From contig JANXWW010000374.1 in NCBI GenBank assembly GCA_025350945.1, forward strand, positions 1 through 40,814: a stretch of DNA of 40,814 bases, read 5' to 3'. The notes below the pieces were generated by a model. It worked only from the letters and a program-made list of their open reading frames with translations, was not told where the DNA came from and did not search any database. Source of the stretch: Burkholderiales bacterium. GTDB lineage: Bacteria > Pseudomonadota > Gammaproteobacteria > Burkholderiales > Usitatibacteraceae. Numbering within the stretch: position 1 is the stretch's first letter; each line of letters begins with the position of its first letter. Shown piece by piece: positions 35,785 through 40,814 of the stretch. The position numbers and the translations under genes are program-made.

Positions 35785-36057
35785 TCACCCGCGCGGACGA
35801 GGCGGCATACGGTCATTTGATACACGATCATTTTCCGAACCGGGGTTGTTGGGCGATGTCACATCGTTATTGATTTCATCATCATTATCTTCGTCACTAT
35901 CGGCACCACGGTCTAATACTAGATGATCGGTGCCGGGCGGGGTATTGTTTTCATCATCCGCTACATAACTTAGATCGTGCTCTTGATCGGCACTGTGTGT
36001 CTTTGGTTGCTGAGCTGTGTTGCTTGCGGTGCTGTCGTTACTGTCGGCTCGTTTCAT
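35785..36057 (-). CDS. Small acidic, low-complexity (disordered) hypothetical protein
   Basis: GGAGA lies 8 nt before ATG 36057. 90 aa rich in D/E/N/S/T. It sits 43 nt upstream of the YihY gene on the same strand. Low-complexity ORFs are easy to overcall. Confidence 0.4.
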   Translation of the reverse strand: MKRADSNDSTASNTAQQPKTHSADQEHDLSYVADDENNTPPGTDHLVLDRGADSDEDNDDEINNDVTSPNNPGSENDRVSNDRMPPRPRG

Positions 36058-36284
36058 ATCAGTTGTCTCCGTAAATTTGTTGGGCTGAAAAATGATTTCT
36101 GCTTTTATTTGCAACAAGCAGTACACCTATGTTGGCGAACCAAGCCACAAACGGAAGTAGGAATAGAACCTAAACCGATGTGCGCCTTTTGACTATCGCT
36201 ATAGGCGCACTAAATTTGCCAGTGAACATATGCGGCATTGATGCTGCAATAACATTGTTTAATGCAAATCAGATTGACCGCTAT

Positions 36285-36298
36285 GTGCGGCACCGAAC
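36285..36298. promoter_or_regulatory. Near-copy of the GTGCG-N4-CGCAC motif (GTGCG-GCAC-CGAAC)
   Basis: Read directly. One mismatch to the palindrome seen twice upstream of ndvB. Lies ~60 nt upstream of the CHRD gene start. Confidence 0.25.
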
Positions 36299-36358
36299 AG
36301 TCGCTCTTTTCAGTGTTGGGCAAAATTCGAATCCCCTCAGTAAAAATTGGAGAAAATT

Positions 36359-36874
36359 ATGGCTTATCCCCGCGCTACTTTAATCGCAAGTCTCATCATC
36401 GTTTCGCTCGGACTCGCGGCATGTGACAAAACGAATATGAGTTCGAAACCGATGAGCAACGCTACAACAACGCCTTCATCAGGCTCGATTGAAAAGCCGG
36501 TTTCTGCTTCCACTACAGTCGCCATGAGTGCTCAGTTATCCGGAGCAAGTGAAGTACCACCCACCAAAAGCACGGGTACTGGAACGGTGGATGCAACTTT
36601 CGACAAGCAAAGCAGTGTATTTACTTGGACCATTAATTATTCAGGATTGAGTGGTCCCGCAACTGCAGGACATTTTCACGGCCCTGCTACATCAGGCGTG
36701 AATGCACCTCCTGCACTTCCTCTTAATGGCGGTTTAGAAAGCCCGATTAAAGGCAAGGCGACACTGACTGCCGCACAAGCGAGTGACTTAACGGCGGGGA
36801 ATTGGTATATGAATTTACACACAGCAGCGAACCCGGATGGTGAAATTCGCGGGCAGGTTACGGCAAAGCCTTAA
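36359..36874 (+). CDS. CHRD-domain lipoprotein
   Basis: Lipobox LGLAAC. The CHRD pattern L.GA.EVPP..S.G.G...F........W.I.YSGLSGPATAGHFHGPA...NWY.N.HT..NP.GEIRGQV. GGAG RBS 6 nt upstream of ATG 36359. Confidence 0.8.
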   Translation: MAYPRATLIASLIIVSLGLAACDKTNMSSKPMSNATTTPSSGSIEKPVSASTTVAMSAQLSGASEVPPTKSTGTGTVDATFDKQSSVFTWTINYSGLSGPATAGHFHGPATSGVNAPPALPLNGGLESPIKGKATLTAAQASDLTAGNWYMNLHTAANPDGEIRGQVTAKP

Positions 36875-36986
36875 TCGAGGCAAAAACTGTGAGCGCAATA
36901 AATAATACCCCGGCAGTATTAATATTGGTTTGAATGGGAAAATGTTTTTCAGGATGTTGATCCAGGTATTGATGCGGATGAGATAT

Positions 36987-37028
36987 CGATAACGATAACG
37001 ATAACGACACCGATACCGATACCGAAAC
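36987..37028. repeat. Hexanucleotide array CGAYAM x7 (CGATAA x3, CGACAC, CGATAC x2, CGAAAC)
   Basis: Read directly. Intergenic, 83 nt upstream of the candidate -35 of the kinase gene. Confidence 0.9.
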
Positions 37029-37110
37029 GGGACAGTGATCCGGCATTGAGAGCAAGCCTTACGCTATGTCATAGACCTATAGTTTGTCTGGCAACTCATT
37101 GGCGGTGTAT

Positions 37111-37138
37111 TTGACGGGCTTGACCGTTTGGTTATAAT
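37111..37138 (+). promoter_or_regulatory. Near-consensus sigma70-type promoter
   Basis: TTGACG (37111-37116), a 16-nt spacer, then TATAAT (37133-37138). AGGAG (37158-37162) and TTG 37171 follow. Confidence 0.5.
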
Positions 37139-37170
37139 TTGGACATCGATTTTTATCAGGAGATTTTGTA

Positions 37171-39861
37171 TTGGTCGCCAATCCTGACGTTGTCCCAGTC
37201 GCCGCCACGTCCGCCGCCAGCCAATATTTTATGGCTGGTGGCGGCGACATGGGCGAATTAATGCGTGCGAAAGATTGGGCTTTAACCCCGCTAGGCGAAC
37301 CGGCAACATGGGCGCAGTCATTGCGCACCGTGGTTAGGCTGATGTTGACGACCAATCACCCCATCTTTGTATTTTGGGGTAGTGAGCATGTTTGTCTTTA
37401 TAACGATGCCTACAGCGCGTCCCTCGGCGCTGAAAAACATCCTTCGTTGTTGGGCGCCAGAGGGCAGACTGGTTGGGCGGAAATCTGGTCAGTGATTGGG
37501 CCGCAGATTGCGTTAGTGATGACAGCCCAGGGTGCGACGTGGCATGAAGATCACCTTGTACCAATTACAAGAAATGGTTTGCGTGAGGACGTTTACTGGA
37601 CTTATAGTTACAGCCCGATTGACGAGGCTTCTGCGCCCAACGGCGTTGGCGGGGTGCTGGTAATTTGCACCGAGACGACGTTACGAGTGCTCGCCGATAA
37701 GCGTGTGGCGTTTAAACTTCAGTTAGAAACTGCGCTTAGAGATTTAACCGAACCTGCCGCCGTCGTGACGGTGGGCTCCACTCTTCTCGGCAATCTGCTC
37801 AAGGTCAGCAACGTGGGCTATAGCGAAATCGATCCATCCGGTGATTATGCGGAGCCATTTCGTGCCTGGGTTCAGCAAGGAAGCACAGGCTTGTCAGGAA
37901 GGCAGCGGCTTGCTGATTACGGCCCGGCAATCATTGCCGAACTCCGCGCCGGGCGCACCATTCAGGTGAGTTCGGTTGATTCCCACTCGCTCACGTCGGG
38001 GCGTGAACTGCAATCGGCCTATGTTGCGATAAACACGAATTCTTTTATCAGCGTGCCATTACTCAGGCACGGGCAACTGGCGGGAATGATGTATGTGTTG
38101 AGCGAGCAGTCGCGCAATTGGACTGTCAATGAAGTTGCTATGGTTGAGGACGTTGCCAAACGAATTTGGGCTTTTTTTGAACGCGCACGCAGCATGCGCG
38201 CGTTACGTGAAAGCGATGCACGCTTTCAGACAATTGCCAATTCGATTAGCGAAATGGTGTGGTCTACCAATGCGGACGGGCAGCAGGATTACAGCAATCA
38301 GCGGTGGTACAACTTCACCGGCCTGACGCCGAGCTCGACAACGATTGAAGTGTGGCACGACATTGTGCATCCCGACGAAAAGTCCGCTGCAAAAAATGCA
38401 TGGCAGGCATCGATTGCCAGTGGTGAACCATTCCAGGCTGAATATCGTTTGAAACATCATTCAGGTGTTTACCGGTGGATGTTGTGTCGTGCGCAAGCGG
38501 TTCACGACAATGTCGGTAACATTACGCGGTGGTATGGCACGTGCACGGATATTCAGGAAATATTTGATGCGCGTGAAATTTTGGCTCGCTCACGCGATGA
38601 TTTGGAAAAGCTGATTATCGAGCGAACCGCTGCACTAATGGCTATTGAAGAACAATTGCGCCAATCGCAAAAGATGGAAGCAATTGGCCAGCTCACCGGT
38701 GGTATTGCACATGACTTCAATAATATGCTTGCGGTAATAATGGGTTCACTGGCGTTGCTGAAACGCAGTCTCGCCGACGATGAAAACGGTAATCGCGTTG
38801 CTGGTGATGATGGTCGTGTGCATAGACACCTGGAAGCAGCCGTTGACGGCGCAAAGCGCGCCGGTGTATTAACGCAGCGGCTATTGGCGTTCGCCAGACA
38901 GCAACCGCTGACGCCAGAGCTCCTTGAAGCCAACCGATTGATCGAGGGCATGGATGTCATTCTGGGTACCATGCTGGGCGACGAATTTGGCGTTAGAAAA
39001 ATTCTTGCACCTGAACTTTGGCCGATTTATATCGACCCCAACCAGCTTGAAAACGTCATCCTGAATCTTGCTGTCAATGCACGAGATGCGATGCCCAATA
39101 GCGGAGTAATCACCATCAAAACGCAAAACATTACTTCGAGTGCGGGCTTCATGGCAAGTGGCGCAAGCGTGGCAAAAGGCGAATATGTGATGATTTCTGT
39201 CGCTGATGAAGGCGTTGGCATGCCACCTGAAGTGATCGCGAAATCTTTCGAACCATTTTTTACCACCAAAGAAGTGGGTAAAGGAACGGGACTGGGATTG
39301 AGCCAGGCATATGGCTTCGTCAAACAATCAGGCGGCGAAATCACCATTGATTCCGAGGTCGGCCGTGGCACCACGGTTTCACTATATCTTCCGCGCGCAT
39401 TACAAAATCAGGCAATAGCCAGTACTATCAGCTCTCCCGTTGTTGAGGCCTTTAAAAATTTGGTGGTGCCGCTTGGCACGCGCCACAAGGTTGTGCTGGT
39501 GGTGGAAGATGATCCAGCAGTGCGTCAGTTTGCAGTTGAGGCAGTTTACGTTTTAGGCTACACGGTATATGAGGCCAGCAGCGCCGCAAATGCTCAGCAG
39601 GTTTTACGGCTTCATCCGGAAATTGATCTCTTGCTCACCGATATTGTGATGCCTGAAATTAATGGCCGCAGTTTGGCGAAGCTCGCACTTCTGCATAATC
39701 CGAAATTAAAGATTATTTTCATGACAGGTTATGCAAAAACACGGCTGTTGGAAGATGACATGCGCGATATCGGCACGGCCATTCTTTGGAAGCCGTTTAC
39801 CATTGAAGAGCTCGGCTTTAAGCTATGCGAAGCTTTGGGTATATCCGACGCTAGCAACTGA
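37171..39861 (+). CDS. Hybrid sensor histidine kinase/response regulator (N-terminal PAS-like, GAF, PAS, HisKA, HATPase_c, REC)
   Basis: H-box GGIAHDFNNMLAVIMGSL, N/G boxes (LAVNARDAMP, DEGVGM, GKGTGLGLSQ) and a C-terminal receiver (VVEDD...LLTDIVMPE...WKPF). TTG 37171 has an SD 8 nt upstream. ATG 37231 is the alternative start. Confidence 0.9.
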   Translation: MVANPDVVPVAATSAASQYFMAGGGDMGELMRAKDWALTPLGEPATWAQSLRTVVRLMLTTNHPIFVFWGSEHVCLYNDAYSASLGAEKHPSLLGARGQTGWAEIWSVIGPQIALVMTAQGATWHEDHLVPITRNGLREDVYWTYSYSPIDEASAPNGVGGVLVICTETTLRVLADKRVAFKLQLETALRDLTEPAAVVTVGSTLLGNLLKVSNVGYSEIDPSGDYAEPFRAWVQQGSTGLSGRQRLADYGPAIIAELRAGRTIQVSSVDSHSLTSGRELQSAYVAINTNSFISVPLLRHGQLAGMMYVLSEQSRNWTVNEVAMVEDVAKRIWAFFERARSMRALRESDARFQTIANSISEMVWSTNADGQQDYSNQRWYNFTGLTPSSTTIEVWHDIVHPDEKSAAKNAWQASIASGEPFQAEYRLKHHSGVYRWMLCRAQAVHDNVGNITRWYGTCTDIQEIFDAREILARSRDDLEKLIIERTAALMAIEEQLRQSQKMEAIGQLTGGIAHDFNNMLAVIMGSLALLKRSLADDENGNRVAGDDGRVHRHLEAAVDGAKRAGVLTQRLLAFARQQPLTPELLEANRLIEGMDVILGTMLGDEFGVRKILAPELWPIYIDPNQLENVILNLAVNARDAMPNSGVITIKTQNITSSAGFMASGASVAKGEYVMISVADEGVGMPPEVIAKSFEPFFTTKEVGKGTGLGLSQAYGFVKQSGGEITIDSEVGRGTTVSLYLPRALQNQAIASTISSPVVEAFKNLVVPLGTRHKVVLVVEDDPAVRQFAVEAVYVLGYTVYEASSAANAQQVLRLHPEIDLLLTDIVMPEINGRSLAKLALLHNPKLKIIFMTGYAKTRLLEDDMRDIGTAILWKPFTIEELGFKLCEALGISDASN

Positions 39862-39930
39862 AACCTGCCGAGCTTGCAGAAAAAATCGCTGTAGCTAATT
39901 TGTAGAATAAATGTGCGACACTAAGTCTTG

Positions 39931-39996
39931 CTACAGTGTTGTGTCTACAATACTACAGTGTTGTATCTACAATACTACAGTGTTGTGTCTACAATA
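39931..39996. repeat. Tandem repeat, 22-nt unit CTACAGTGTTGTGTCTACAATA x3
   Basis: Read directly: 39931-39952, 39953-39974 (one G>A change) and 39975-39996. Confidence 0.95.
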
Positions 39997-40121
39997 AAGT
40001 GATTTACAGTAACTAATAGCTGAGCAAATTCACAGCAATATTCCAGCCGTGCAAAAATCACTACTCTTGCAAGCGAACGTTAAACGGTCATCAGCCTGTC
40101 TTTGATTTGCAATTCGCTGTC

Positions 40122-40484
40122 ATGAAGCCTTTGAAAATTTTATACGTCGAAGATAATTATCAAGTTCGCGAAACCATTCGCGAATTGATTGAAAATAGCG
40201 ACCGTGAAATCCATGCCTGTGCAACTGCTGAAGAGGCGTGGCCTGCTTTCAATACGCACGAATATCATCTTGTGGTGACCGATATCAGCTTGCCCGGCTT
40301 GTCGGGAACCGAATTAGCCAAGCGTATGGTCGCAGCAAAGCCCGAACAGTGGATCATTTTATGTTCCGGTTACGCGTTACCCAAAGACCTCACCAAGCTA
40401 GGTACCAACGTGCGCTCGCTGCTAAAACCGTTTGACGTGGAAGATCTTGAAGCGCTTATGGATGAAGTTGCTTTGAGGTTTTAA
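40122..40484 (+). CDS. Single-domain response regulator (CheY-like receiver)
   Basis: ILYVEDN, phospho-acceptor context LVVTDISLPG, S in LCSGY and K in LLKPF. No output domain. The start is ATG 40122 or TTG 40107, neither with a clear SD. Confidence 0.8.
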   Translation: MKPLKILYVEDNYQVRETIRELIENSDREIHACATAEEAWPAFNTHEYHLVVTDISLPGLSGTELAKRMVAAKPEQWIILCSGYALPKDLTKLGTNVRSLLKPFDVEDLEALMDEVALRF

Positions 40485-40684
40485 TAATTTGGCGTAATGG
40501 CATTCGTACCACTGTATTGCGCTTATCCAATCAGCCACGCCGTCGGTATTGTCTTACAGCTAAGCGGGATTTGCGCCGATGAGCGCGCGCTATCTGTATT
40601 GGGAAAATAAGTAGTGTTATTGATTGCCATTTCGTGCATAGCGAGTAACACGTTGCCGTATCAACAGCAATTAAGGAGCCAATC

Positions 40685-40814
40685 ATGTTCAGAAAATTAT
40701 TAATGGTCGCACTCACCACCGGTGTCGCAGCAAAAGGCATACAAGTCCTTATGCAACGCGCTGAACAGCGAAAAATTTTGCAGAAAAAGTATGAAAGAAA
40801 AGTTGCTGTTCAGC
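40685..40814 (+). CDS. Hypothetical protein, 5' part only (runs off window end)
   Basis: AAGGAG (40673-40678) lies 6 nt before ATG 40685. The frame is open for 43 codons to the window edge (MFRKLLMVALTTGVAAKGIQVLMQRAEQRK...). Absent from the ORF track because no stop lies in the window. Confidence 0.4.
   Translation, partial: MFRKLLMVALTTGVAAKGIQVLMQRAEQRKILQKKYERKVAVQ

Noticed and set aside
39931-39996. The 22-nt repeats as a miniature CRISPR array.
   Set aside because: The units are directly abutting with no spacers, there are no cas genes, and the unit is shorter than typical CRISPR repeats.
18553-40814. The whole stress/envelope block as a horizontally acquired island.
   Set aside because: There is no integrase, tRNA, flanking direct repeats, IS elements or any compositional break visible by eye. 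This cannot be supported from the sequence alone.

Overview
This 40.8-kb window looks like densely coding bacterial chromosome with mid-range GC. A betaproteobacterial (Burkholderiales-like) origin is only an inference from the Bug/TctC-family binding protein and the overall gene content. I see three blocks. (1) 1-6.7 kb is a housekeeping mix: a DMT transporter fragment, a TPR-like protein, an NTF2-like protein, formate-tetrahydrofolate ligase (fhs), a Bug-family binding protein, a MAPEG protein and a DUF456 protein. (2) 6.7-18.3 kb holds a glycolate-oxidase cluster with two tandem glcD paralogs plus glcE and glcF. It is followed directly by a six-gene CUT1-type ABC importer (two ATPases, two permeases, a small DUF2160-type membrane protein and a 581-aa binding protein). 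(3) 18.5-40.8 kb is an envelope/stress-flavoured block. It contains an OmpA-family protein, a 49-aa lmo0937-type membrane peptide, a ~3,035-aa cyclic beta-1,2-glucan synthase (NdvB/ChvB/Cgs-like), a Crp/Fnr regulator, CsbD and a general-stress-protein-26-like protein. It also holds several uncharacterised proteins, a decayed phospholipase-D/cardiolipin-synthase pseudogene, YihY/BrkB, a CHRD lipoprotein, a PAS-GAF-PAS hybrid histidine kinase and an orphan CheY-like receiver. I found no rRNA, tRNA, CRISPR array, transposase, integrase or recognisable defence or toxin-antitoxin module, and I cannot point to a clear-cut novel multi-gene system. The signals not explained by ordinary annotation are these. 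First, short tandem repeat arrays (units of 5, 6, 12, 14 and 22 nt) are unusually dense, mostly next to promoters or in frame inside genes. Second, two perfect GTGCG-N4-CGCAC palindromes lie upstream of the giant glucan synthase, with a near-copy upstream of the CHRD gene, next to a Crp/Fnr-family regulator. Third, glcD is duplicated. Fourth, the PLD pseudogene keeps an ATGA overlap with an unknown secreted protein. All functional calls come from reading the translated ORFs by eye against remembered family motifs; no searches were run.
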